From Candidatus Helarchaeota ASGARD archaeon Hel_GB_B (lineage in GTDB: Archaea > Asgardarchaeota > Lokiarchaeia > Helarchaeales > HEL-GB-B), in assembly GCA_005191425.1 (NCBI GenBank), contig SUPR01000014.1, positions 16,638 to 48,637 of the forward strand: a stretch of DNA of 32,000 bases, given 5' to 3'. The position numbers and the translations under genes were made by a program. Shown one piece after another: positions 18,030 to 27,746 of the stretch. Under the pieces are notes generated by a model. It worked only from the letters and a program-made list of their open reading frames with translations. It made no database searches and was not told where the DNA came from. The number at the start of each line of letters is the position of its first letter. Position 1 is the stretch's first letter.

Positions 18030-18893
18030 ATGAAGATGAATATTGACTGTGTCATCTGTTTTCAGAGGCAAGCATTAAGAGCACTTGGTGAGACCGCCGA
18101 TACAAAACTCAAAGAGCGTGTATTAAGAAGTGTTATGTCGTTACTTTTAAATGAAGACTGGACGAAAACGCCCCCCAAACTTGCTGCTAAAGTCTATAAA
18201 TTAGTAAATTCAATATCTGGACTTAAAGACCCCTATAAAGAATTAAAAAGAACTTCCAATGAGTTAGTACTTCAGATGTATAATAGATTAAAAAAAGAAT
18301 GCTTGGAATCATCTGATCCAATATTATATGCATTAAAATTGGCAGTTGCAGGAAATATTATGGATATTGGAGCTGCTGATTCATTTGATATAGAGAAAAC
18401 TATTGAAAAAGTTATGACTGCAGAATTTGCATTTGATTCATCACAAAAATTGAAAAATAATCTTAAAATGGCTAAATCCATTCTATATTTTGCGGACAAC
18501 AGTGGTGAAGTAGTATTTGATAAATTGTTAATTGAATTGATATTAAGCAAATTTCCAAACATAAAAAAAATCACATTTGTGGTAAAAGCTGGACCAATCA
18601 TTAACGATGCTACAATGGAAGATATCGACCAGATAAGTTTGAGATCATTTTCTCAAGTGGTTTTTAAGACTATTGGCAATGAACTTTATCCTAGCTCACC
18701 ATCTAGAGATTCTGAAGAAGTAAAGCAGTGGATTTATGGACATGATATTATAATTAGCAAAGGGCAGGGAAATTACGAGGAACTCAATATCTATAAGGAC
18801 TTAAATAAAGTTTATTACCTTTTGATGGCAAAATGCCCAGTAATTGCACGCGATCTAGGAATTAAAACCCAAAGTTTCGTAATATATTCGTAA
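18030..18893 (+). CDS. DUF89 / ARMT1-like damage-control phosphatase
   Basis: CxxC..RQA, DPYKELKRTSNE, LAVAGNIMD, ADNSGEVVFD, PIINDATMED, ISKGQGNYE, LLMAKCPVIA. Confidence 0.9.
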   Translation: MKMNIDCVICFQRQALRALGETADTKLKERVLRSVMSLLLNEDWTKTPPKLAAKVYKLVNSISGLKDPYKELKRTSNELVLQMYNRLKKECLESSDPILYALKLAVAGNIMDIGAADSFDIEKTIEKVMTAEFAFDSSQKLKNNLKMAKSILYFADNSGEVVFDKLLIELILSKFPNIKKITFVVKAGPIINDATMEDIDQISLRSFSQVVFKTIGNELYPSSPSRDSEEVKQWIYGHDIIISKGQGNYEELNIYKDLNKVYYLLMAKCPVIARDLGIKTQSFVIYS

Positions 18894-18995
18894 TATATAA
18901 TTATAATTATTTTTTCAATTGAAATTTAAAGCGAATAATTTTAAATCAATGTGAAATGTAGTATATAATAAAAACAAAAATAATGAGTTGATGCT

Positions 18996-19796
18996 ATGAG
19001 CGATAAAAACCAAATTATCCATTTAGAAATTAAAAGAAAAATAGGGATAATTACTTTTGACAATGGAGAACTAAATGTATTTAATAGAGATTTAATTATA
19101 GCATTTAGAGATTTATTAAAAGAGATAAAAAGCGACCCCCAGAAACAAAGAAAAATTAGGGTAATTCTAATTAAATCAGCAAGCCAAAAAGCATTTAGTG
19201 CAGGGTTCGACCTAAAAGCAACAGAAGCAGCCAGTGAAGATGTTATAAAATTATTTTTAGTTGAAGGTAAAAAATTTATTTATGACTTAACAACAATACC
19301 GACCCCTACAATTGCTTTAGTAAATGGCTATGCAATAGGAATCGGTTTCTTAATATCTTTGGCATGCGATTTCAGATATTGCACAGAAGATGCCCAATTT
19401 CAATTACCTGAAATTATATATGAAGGTATGTTTCCAACTCATGGTGCATGTACTAATCTACCAAAAATAGTAAACAAGATTTCTGATGCTAAATATCTCT
19501 TAATGACCGGAGACCGAATCAATGCTCAAACAGCTGAAAAAATGGGCATCATCGACAAAATATTTACTACTAAGGAAGAGATGATAGACGCAGGAATTAA
19601 ATTAGCTAAGACAATGAGCACAAAAAATCCACTTATTATGCAACTTATTAAAGCTGCATTAAATACATGTAAAGATTTAAATATTAAAGAGGGAATGGCT
19701 ATAGAAACTGAAGCATTTGAAATAATAAAAAATATTCATGAAGATAAAAATGTTCTTAAGAATAAATTTATAAAAAAATACCTCCTAAAAGAATAA
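18996..19796 (+). CDS. Enoyl-CoA hydratase/isomerase family protein
   Basis: AFSAGFDLK oxyanion motif, IALVNGYAIGIG, ACDFR, FQLPEI, LMTGDRINAQTAEKMGII. Confidence 0.9.
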   Translation: MSDKNQIIHLEIKRKIGIITFDNGELNVFNRDLIIAFRDLLKEIKSDPQKQRKIRVILIKSASQKAFSAGFDLKATEAASEDVIKLFLVEGKKFIYDLTTIPTPTIALVNGYAIGIGFLISLACDFRYCTEDAQFQLPEIIYEGMFPTHGACTNLPKIVNKISDAKYLLMTGDRINAQTAEKMGIIDKIFTTKEEMIDAGIKLAKTMSTKNPLIMQLIKAALNTCKDLNIKEGMAIETEAFEIIKNIHEDKNVLKNKFIKKYLLKE

Positions 19797-19797
19797 A

Positions 19798-19968
19798 TTA
19801 TGGCTCATATAGTTTGTACTTGTCTTTTATCTCAGCAAATTGAACAACTTGTACCATATGACCCCTGTGTTTAGAATCAAAAGCTTTCTCTAATTTTTGA
19901 CCTTCATAAGATGCATCTAAATTAATATAAACTTTACAATTATGACATGCCTTTACTAATGGGTTCAT
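19798..19968 (-). CDS. 56-aa putative C2H2-type zinc-binding protein; not in ORF track
   Basis: MNPLVKACHNCKVYINLDASYEGQKLEKAFDSKHRGHMVQVVQFAEIKDKYKLYEP*; CxxC...HxxH; GGGGTGA RBS 6 nt upstream; stop abuts the stop of the convergent hydratase gene. Confidence 0.82.
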   Translation of the reverse strand: MNPLVKACHNCKVYINLDASYEGQKLEKAFDSKHRGHMVQVVQFAEIKDKYKLYEP

Positions 19969-20370
19969 AAATAATCACCCCTTTTCCTGACTTGATTTAA
20001 TTTTAATATTAATGTTATTTTATTGAAATATTTATTCTCTAAATATTATAAAATCAACATAAATTATTATATATTTATGTCATTTTAGTTTTTAAAAAAT
20101 ATGTTTTTATAGAAATTCTCAACTGTTGGTTAAATAAACTATCGAGCGAATTTATAAATATGTTAAAGAAGAATTCTCTATATTAATTTTGTTCAAAAAA
20201 TAAATTTAAAAGTAATTGTTTAAATATATTAAATATACATTGTTTATTCAGAAAATGGTTTAATAAAAGATTATAATACCGAAATTTAACCAAAAAATTA
20301 TAAAATAATATTAAAAAAAATAAAAATGCAATTGGTTTTAAAAATTTTAACTAATTAATAGGGTATTTTA

Positions 20371-20703
20371 ATGGAGATTGCTTATTATTCAGAAAAAAAT
20401 AAAATTAAAAGAATTGGCTTAATATATCTTGGAGCTGAATTTGTTTATATTTATGATGCTAATCAAAAAATGATATCTTTATTAACAGGGAATGAACTTC
20501 TTAAAAAATATAAAGAATATATTGACAGTGGGTTTGAAGGTTGTATAGAATGTGAACTTACTCAAAATATAACAAAAGGTATATCAAAAAATCTTGATGA
20601 AATAATTGAGTTTGAGATTAAAATACCTGAAGCAAATGAAATAGTTAAAAAAATTAATGAAAAAATAGGCAAAAAAACTGGCGAAAAATTTCCTTATTTT
20701 TAA
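20371..20703 (+). CDS. Hypothetical protein (110 aa)
   Basis: Open frame with AGGG RBS-like site, normal composition, convergent with the next gene; no recognised motif. Confidence 0.65.
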   Translation: MEIAYYSEKNKIKRIGLIYLGAEFVYIYDANQKMISLLTGNELLKKYKEYIDSGFEGCIECELTQNITKGISKNLDEIIEFEIKIPEANEIVKKINEKIGKKTGEKFPYF

Positions 20704-20709
20704 TGACAT

Positions 20710-21747
20710 TTATAATTTGTATAAATATTCTGAGATTCCATTTCCTTTAGATTTTTCCAGCGAAAATTGATGAATTTGTTCTGAAATGACGGTCTTAACT
20801 TTAGACGGGACTGGAACTGGTAAATCAATAGATGTTCTGCGCTCAGATTCTATATGATAGTGGATACCTTTTTCATCGGTAATTTTAAAAATGGATTTTT
20901 GGGGTCTAGTATTTTTCTGACCAAATTTATCTTCAAATTCTACAAATTCAGTTTCTATTTCAGCTTCGGTCACTCTATTATTTCCATATTCATCTGAAAT
21001 AAATCCTGATACCAGTATTTTATCTCCTATACATACTTTTGCCACGTTTATTGTTTTATCATCAAATTGAACTGCAATCCAATTCCATTTATCGACAACC
21101 TTCCACTCTCTTACACCCCATGAATGATCTCGATGCCCAAAACAGTTAATTTTCCTTATTTCCCCGGTCTTTTTAAATTTTAAAGTTCCAGAAACAACAC
21201 CCGCTTGCTCATAATGCTGCTGAGAGGCTTTCCCGATAAGGTCTAAATATTCTTTAAGGTATTCTACAATGTCAAGTCCTTCTAAATAACTAAATGGTTT
21301 AAATCTATTTTTCCATGTTATTTCCAAATCAAAAAGTTTATCTTCAAATTTCAATTTCCATTCAGTATGTGGGGCGACCAATTCATATTTAACTTTTTTA
21401 TCCAAATCCCATTTATTTTTCGGCATTTCTTCTATTTTTAACCTATTCACATACACTCTTGGTTTGTTATCAATAAATAAAACAGATAATACATTTGAAC
21501 CTTTTTCATATGGATTATAAGAAATCCTTGAAACCCAGTCAACCCCAGATTTCTCATCAATAAAATTAAAATACCAAGATTCACTCCAGTTTGGTAAATA
21601 TTCGGGATAAATATGACTATATTCGTCTTCATTTTTCAATATTAATGAATCATCCTGCCCTATATATTCTAAAAATTTCAAATAGTTTGCGTCCAATTGT
21701 ATTTTATTTTCTTCCAAAAATTTCCGTATTCGGTCTATATTTGACAT
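20710..21747 (-). CDS. Conserved hypothetical protein, probable tocopherol-cyclase/AttH-like double beta-barrel
   Basis: Trp-rich beta-strand motifs WSESWYFNF, HYEQAGVVSG, GHRDHSWGVREW, WNWIAVQF; fold call is recalled similarity only. Confidence 0.55.
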   Translation of the reverse strand: MSNIDRIRKFLEENKIQLDANYLKFLEYIGQDDSLILKNEDEYSHIYPEYLPNWSESWYFNFIDEKSGVDWVSRISYNPYEKGSNVLSVLFIDNKPRVYVNRLKIEEMPKNKWDLDKKVKYELVAPHTEWKLKFEDKLFDLEITWKNRFKPFSYLEGLDIVEYLKEYLDLIGKASQQHYEQAGVVSGTLKFKKTGEIRKINCFGHRDHSWGVREWKVVDKWNWIAVQFDDKTINVAKVCIGDKILVSGFISDEYGNNRVTEAEIETEFVEFEDKFGQKNTRPQKSIFKITDEKGIHYHIESERRTSIDLPVPVPSKVKTVISEQIHQFSLEKSKGNGISEYLYKL

Positions 21748-22197
21748 TTACTAAACCTCTTTTCAAATGATTAATAATTTCTAAAGTTTATTAATCTGTA
21801 TTCAATATAAATTCATAAATAAATATTTTAGGTAATGGGAATTGAAGAAGATAAAACAATATCTTATAGTTCAATTTTATTGGACTATTTATTTCAAGAA
21901 CAAAGAGTAAAAAATAAAATTAATTTTAAATATAATTTTGGATTCCAAATTGTAATTTTAATTGTTAAGTTAAATGAAGAGAGAAATGAATATTTAACTT
22001 AAAATTCTCGTTTTTTAGTTTGTAATTTATTTCAGATTAATCACCATCAATTTTAAGTCTTAAATTTAACTTCAAATTTTTAGTTGAAATTATAACATCG
22101 AATTTAGAATGTAATAAAAAAATGATGGGGAACTTTAAAATTATTAACTCAGTATAGTTGATAGTCAATGAAAATGTTGAAAAGTGAAGTGTAAACG

Positions 22198-23676
22198 GTG
22201 GAAGACAAAATAAACGAAAAAGATCTGAAAAAAATTAATCAAATAGACTATTTTTTCAACCCCAAAAATCTTGCCATAATAGGCGGTGGTAAAGTAAACC
22301 CATTTACGGTATCTAATATAATATTAAGTAATATTTTAGCTGAAGGTTATATTGGAAAAGTTTACATAGTCGATATTAAGCCACAAGCAGATAAAATAAA
22401 AGGTTTAAGAGTATACTCGTCCATTTTTGATGTACAAGAAGAAATCGACCTTGCTTTAATCATTGTGCCTGCTTCTGCAGTTGAAAAAGTTGTCGAACAA
22501 TGTATTGAAGCTAATGTGAAGGCGATTATAATAATTTCAGCTGGATTTGGTGAATCTCTTCTTTATGACGAAACAGGAATTAAATTACAAAAGAGGATCA
22601 ATAAACTAATTCGTTCGACCGATACTAGAATTGTAGGTCCTAACTGCAACGGTGTTTATAGCCAGACTTGTAGGTTAAATGCCACACTGGGCCCAAGAAT
22701 TATACTACCTCCTGGAAATGTTTCCATAGTAACTCGAGGTGGAACAGCAGGAGTAATGTTGACTATAGAAGCTGGAAAAAGAAATATTGGGTTAAATAAA
22801 TATATTGGGATTGGAGATGAATCTGACCTCAATCTTCAAGATTTTATTTATTATTATGAACATGATACACACACAAAAATTATTGGTACATATACTGAGG
22901 GAATAAAAAATGTAAATTCATTCTATAAAATACTTAAAAATGTAAAAAAACCTGTCGTCTTTTATAAATCTGGAAATACTTATTCAGGAATGAGAGCAGC
23001 TCTTTCTCATGTCGGTGCAATTGCAGGTCAATTTACAAAAATGATTTTCGATAATGTATTAGAGCAATTAAGAATAGTTAAAGCAGAAAGTATTGATGAA
23101 CTTTTAAATTTTGTTAGTGCAGTTTCAATTTCACCATTACCTAAAGGTAAAAAAGTAGGCATTTGGACTCCTGGAGGTTCAATGGGGGTAATAATGACTG
23201 ACAATTTGGAAAAAGTAGGACTAGAAGTCCCCCAACTATCAAAAAATTTAATAGAAAAATTAGACAAATTACTTAAGGTTAAATATTGGAGTCATAATAA
23301 TCCTGTTGATGTAACTGACTCTTACAGCCCGCAATCAGTGGACAAATCAATTGATATTTTGCTATCAAGTGATAATATTGATGGTGTAGTCGTATTAATT
23401 GGGCTACTATTTTCAAAAGACGAAAGTTATGTCGATTTTAGCTTTATTAATGAATTAGACGATGTTTTTCAAATGTTTATAGAGCAACTAGCTAAAAGAT
23501 TTGGGCAGCTCATAAAAAAATATAACAAACCAATCTTTATTCTAGCTGATAACAGAGGAAAAATTGCTTCTATGTTTAAAAAACGAGGTGTTATTATTTT
23601 ACCGACTTTTGAATCTATTGCAAAGACTTATAAAATGTTATATGATCAATATAGATATGAAAAAAATTTAAAATAA
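22198..23676 (+). CDS. acdA: ADP-forming acyl-CoA synthetase, alpha subunit
   Basis: CoA-binding fold (FFNPKNLAIIGG, IIISAGFGE, RIVGPNCNG), YTEG, phospho-His segment ALSHVGAIAG, NNPVDV; no ATP-grasp beta domain. Confidence 0.85.
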   Translation: MEDKINEKDLKKINQIDYFFNPKNLAIIGGGKVNPFTVSNIILSNILAEGYIGKVYIVDIKPQADKIKGLRVYSSIFDVQEEIDLALIIVPASAVEKVVEQCIEANVKAIIIISAGFGESLLYDETGIKLQKRINKLIRSTDTRIVGPNCNGVYSQTCRLNATLGPRIILPPGNVSIVTRGGTAGVMLTIEAGKRNIGLNKYIGIGDESDLNLQDFIYYYEHDTHTKIIGTYTEGIKNVNSFYKILKNVKKPVVFYKSGNTYSGMRAALSHVGAIAGQFTKMIFDNVLEQLRIVKAESIDELLNFVSAVSISPLPKGKKVGIWTPGGSMGVIMTDNLEKVGLEVPQLSKNLIEKLDKLLKVKYWSHNNPVDVTDSYSPQSVDKSIDILLSSDNIDGVVVLIGLLFSKDESYVDFSFINELDDVFQMFIEQLAKRFGQLIKKYNKPIFILADNRGKIASMFKKRGVIILPTFESIAKTYKMLYDQYRYEKNLK

Positions 23677-23813
23677 CCCAATTTCCTAAAATTCCACCCC
23701 TTTACTCAATTATAACCATTTTTATTTTTCATTTTCAATTTTAAGTAGAAAATAAATAAATAATAAAATTAAAAAATCATTAAAATTATCTTTATTTTAT
23801 TTGGTGTTATAAA

Positions 23814-24170
23814 ATGAAAAAAATAGCTGAAGGATTATCTTGTTCTTCAAAAATTGAAGCTGTAGGCGAGTTAAAATTCGTTGAGTCTGTTGATGACGTT
23901 ATAAAATTGTTCGATAATGCAAATGGAAAAATTTGTATTGTAGAAGATAGTGGTACAACAACTTTAGGACCAATTCTTTCTGATTTATCCGGAGTACTTT
24001 GTACTACGGGTTCTGAAGGGAGTCATTTGGCGATAGTTTCTCGTGAGTTTGAAATTCCTTGTATTATGGCGTTAAACATAAAAAAAGAAGATATCTTGGC
24101 ATTAAACGGGAAAAAAGTCAAAATCGTTACTGAAGATAATAATAAAGGCGTTTTATATTTAGTCGAATAA
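23814..24170 (+). CDS. Stand-alone PEP-utilising enzyme mobile (phospho-histidine swivel) domain
   Basis: CTTGSEGSHLAIVSREFEIPCI matches the TxxGGxxSHxAIxxRExxIP signature; 118 aa. Confidence 0.85.
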   Translation: MKKIAEGLSCSSKIEAVGELKFVESVDDVIKLFDNANGKICIVEDSGTTTLGPILSDLSGVLCTTGSEGSHLAIVSREFEIPCIMALNIKKEDILALNGKKVKIVTEDNNKGVLYLVE

Positions 24171-24351
24171 TTTACTTAATTATTGTTAATAGTGAAAATT
24201 AGAATAATAAATTTAATCCTAATCTTTTTATTTTTAATATTTATCAATTAAAGTTGAAAAATAATCGGCATTTAAATTTTTTAATAAAATCAATAATTAT
24301 AATCTTTTATTCTTTATAAATAAATGATACAATATCAAATTAAATTAATAA

Positions 24352-25248
24352 TTATCTATACTTCTTAAGAAATTCTCGAATATTTGGTATTGATGATGGA
24401 GTAACGCTGATACTATCTATATTTAAGGTAATTAATTTTTCTAGAAAATCTGTATACCTTGAAGCTGCTTCACCACAAATAGAACATGTTTTTCCTGCAG
24501 AATGAGCCCCTTCAACTATCATTTTAATTGCTTTTAATACCGCTGGGTTTCTTTCATCAAAATAGCCCATATTTGACAATTCGGAATTGTCTCTATCTAC
24601 AGCTAGGACGAATTGACAGAGGTCGTTTGAACCAATACTATATCCATCGAATTCTAATTTATTAAATTCATCTATTAATAGTGCCATTGCAGGAGTTTCA
24701 GCCATCAGCCAGATTTTAAATGTTTCACTTCTTTCCAGTCCTTCTTCTTTCATAATATCTAAACATTTCTGTGCCTCCTGTACTGTTCTGATAAAAGGGA
24801 TCATAACCCAAATATTGTCATACTTTTTTCTAAGTTTTAATATTGATTGACATTCAAGCCGGAATATTTTATTAAATTTGTCTGAGATAAACCTAGACGC
24901 ACCCCGGAGTCCCATCATTGGGTTATTTTCTGGCAATTCATATTCAGAACCTCCAAGTAAATCATGGTATTCATTTGTTTTAAAATCAGAAAACCTAACT
25001 ACCATCGGTCTTGGATAAATTTCACGAGCTACCATTCCAATACCCTCCAATAATTTTTCATAATATACTTCACTTTTTCCAGTATCTATAAGCCAAGCAG
25101 GATGTTGTCCAACAAATGTAGCTAACATAAATTCAACGCGAAATAATCCAATACCATCGAATTCCAAATCTTTATATTTAAAAATCGTCTTAGGAAATCC
25201 TATATTAATATATATTTTTGGTAATTTATACTTCATTTTTGACTTCAT
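24352..25248 (-). CDS. Stand-alone PEP/pyruvate-binding TIM-barrel domain of PEP synthase type
   Basis: DGIGLFRVEF, VVRFSDFKTNEY, ENNPMMGLRGASR, MAETPA, SIGSNDL, catalytic Cys in SICGE; lacks ATP-grasp and His domains. Confidence 0.88.
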   Translation of the reverse strand: MKSKMKYKLPKIYINIGFPKTIFKYKDLEFDGIGLFRVEFMLATFVGQHPAWLIDTGKSEVYYEKLLEGIGMVAREIYPRPMVVRFSDFKTNEYHDLLGGSEYELPENNPMMGLRGASRFISDKFNKIFRLECQSILKLRKKYDNIWVMIPFIRTVQEAQKCLDIMKEEGLERSETFKIWLMAETPAMALLIDEFNKLEFDGYSIGSNDLCQFVLAVDRDNSELSNMGYFDERNPAVLKAIKMIVEGAHSAGKTCSICGEAASRYTDFLEKLITLNIDSISVTPSSIPNIREFLKKYR

Positions 25249-25496
25249 ATAATTTTTAAAACATTATTTTCTAAAAAAAAGTTTTGATTTTAGGGAAAAT
25301 TTAGAATATTTACTATTATTTAGTTAATATCCAAGACCTTTAAAATAATAATTGAATTAATTAATAATTAAATGAAAAATTGGAATATTAAGTGAGTGAA
25401 AAACAAATTTTCAAGGATATTAATCTGTTTAATCATAATTGAAATTATTAATTTTAGACTCAAAAAATTTAAAATAAAAAAAGGAGAAAAATTAAG

Positions 25497-25913
25497 TCAT
25501 TTCCAGGCTTTTGGCTGGCCTATACACTTTAAGTCGAACACTGCTAATAATATTCCAATTCCAAAAAGGATTATATAAGCAATAATCAAATAGGGGACAT
25601 TATTAATGTTTAAAAATGAATACATCAATGGAGCAATGCAGAGAAAAAATATTGAAATTATTGAAACAAGTATATAGATCCAACTCATGTTTTTAGTCCA
25701 TCTACCATAGCTATGGTCACTTCTATTGATATATCTGAAATTAAGGATAACTAGCCCAAAATTCTTGAAAAATACAATAAGGAAAAAAATTGTTGCTATA
25801 TATTCAATAATTAAAATTCCCATAAATGGCAATATATTCAGAACCAGTGCTGCACTATTAAACAAAATCACAATATATGAATAATATGTCATAAAATATT
25901 TTATTTCTACCAT
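25497..25913 (-). CDS. Small membrane protein (about 4 TM), hypothetical
   Basis: Hydrophobic segments; AGGTGA RBS 5 nt before ATG; 9 bp downstream of the hydrolase stop. Confidence 0.7.
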   Translation of the reverse strand: MVEIKYFMTYYSYIVILFNSAALVLNILPFMGILIIEYIATIFFLIVFFKNFGLVILNFRYINRSDHSYGRWTKNMSWIYILVSIISIFFLCIAPLMYSFLNINNVPYLIIAYIILFGIGILLAVFDLKCIGQPKAWK

Positions 25914-25922
25914 TTATATCAC

Positions 25923-27284
25923 CTATGCATACCTCGTAGCTGCTAAAAATCTTTCAATATAATAAAGAGAAATTTGACCACCAGGACTATTGAATATATA
26001 ATCAAAAGCATGACCAACAAATGGAAATTCAATTAAAATAGCTGGATTTGTAGCATTAGCGTCATATGCATCTTTTAATTCCCGAGACTGCTCGACAGGT
26101 ACTAATTCATCGTTTTCTCCATGTAAAAGTAAAATCGGTGGTGCATTCGAATCTACCATAGTAACGGGTGATATCAAATTATTAAAACTTGTATTTGACA
26201 AATCTCCTCCAAACATTTCTTTCATCAATTCAATTGGATTACCTATTAGTCCTAATAAAGGGTCATTAATCATATACATTAAATCCGCGAAATTAGAAAC
26301 CCCATAAAACGGAATTAGACCTTTGATTGTAATATTCTCGGTTGGAAAAATAGACCTGTATGTATTATTCCAACCAATGAAACATTCAGTTAAATGACCA
26401 CCTGCAGAATTTCCTGTTATATAAACACAAGATAAATTAACCTTGTATTGCGAGGCATTACTCACTAAGAAATGCGTGAAATTTCCTAATACTTGGTGAA
26501 TTTGTTCTAGTACCGAATAACTCTTATTTGTAAGCTGTCTGCCTAATAGACCTTGTACCCATCCCAATGTGTCGTCTAATTTTGTATTTCCTATTGTCAT
26601 GTTCGGAAAATGTGCCAGTCCATATTGTATATCAAAAACTACATAACCTTGATGTGCTAAATATTTTGACGCTTGAGGTCTGTTTTCAGGAAATCCCTTA
26701 TTTCCAATAATCCAGCCTCCACCATGAATATTTATAATTGTTGGGAATGGTCCTGTACCATGTTTTGGACAATAATAATCAAATTTAAATACATCATTAT
26801 AAATCGGAACTTTAAGATATGGTATGTCGTAAGTAACATTGCAATCAAATGATTCATAATTGTTATAAAGCTTCCAGAAATCAAAAGGTGTCTTCATAAA
26901 TTTAGATTTTAATTCTTGGGGAATTTTGTCCATGTAGTTTGCACCAAACACTTGAGCAAATTGGGCATTTCCATCTATAATTGGTTTTTGAGTCCCTGCA
27001 ATTAACGGTAATGAATTTAATGAAACTACAACTAACCCAAAACAAATTGGGACCAGCCATAATTTACGCTTTTTTCCATGAAGACGAGTCATTATTAAGA
27101 TAATTATTGGATAGAATAAAATTGAATAGCAAGCTAGTGCCGGAAATAAGCAATTGACAAGAGTACTAAATATTGTAAACAGTTTTCCAAAAACTATTAA
27201 AAGTCCAGTGTATAGACCCCAGAGTAAAATTAAGTATCCCAGTATCAATAAAAAATATTTTAAAATTTTTTTTATGAGACTCAT
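25923..27284 (-). CDS. Membrane-anchored alpha/beta hydrolase (HSL-like esterase/lipase)
   Basis: HGGGW oxyanion hole, GNSAG nucleophile, HGENDELVP (Asp), GHAFD (His); three N-terminal TM helices. Confidence 0.88.
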   Translation of the reverse strand: MSLIKKILKYFLLILGYLILLWGLYTGLLIVFGKLFTIFSTLVNCLFPALACYSILFYPIIILIMTRLHGKKRKLWLVPICFGLVVVSLNSLPLIAGTQKPIIDGNAQFAQVFGANYMDKIPQELKSKFMKTPFDFWKLYNNYESFDCNVTYDIPYLKVPIYNDVFKFDYYCPKHGTGPFPTIINIHGGGWIIGNKGFPENRPQASKYLAHQGYVVFDIQYGLAHFPNMTIGNTKLDDTLGWVQGLLGRQLTNKSYSVLEQIHQVLGNFTHFLVSNASQYKVNLSCVYITGNSAGGHLTECFIGWNNTYRSIFPTENITIKGLIPFYGVSNFADLMYMINDPLLGLIGNPIELMKEMFGGDLSNTSFNNLISPVTMVDSNAPPILLLHGENDELVPVEQSRELKDAYDANATNPAILIEFPFVGHAFDYIFNSPGGQISLYYIERFLAATRYA

Positions 27285-27746
27285 TATTTTATCATTGTAA
27301 ATTTTGAATTATAATATAATTTATTTATAACTTATAATATTTTGATATTAACATTATATTTTGATGGTGGTTTAAATTTAATTTTCATTTAAACCTATAT
27401 TTTTATTATTATTAAGTGAATCCATATCATATATAAAAATTCCTTATAAATAAGCATTTAAAAAGAGAAAAATAAGTAAATTTTCCGCTTGAAATCCAGA
27501 AAAATAATCCAAAAGCAATTATTGTAATCTATTAAGTATTATTAATGAAATTACAATAGAAATTATAATATTTTTATCAAAAGACTTTATAAATTTTTAT
27601 ATTAAAATTGTGAATTTAATGTTTTTCTTAATGAACCTCTAAAATCTTTTTAATATCTCTTGTATATTCCCAATTTAAGAACTATAAATATTGATTTCTT
27701 ATTAATTTAAGCATTGTCAAAAATATTGTCCTAAAAAAAAATTTAA

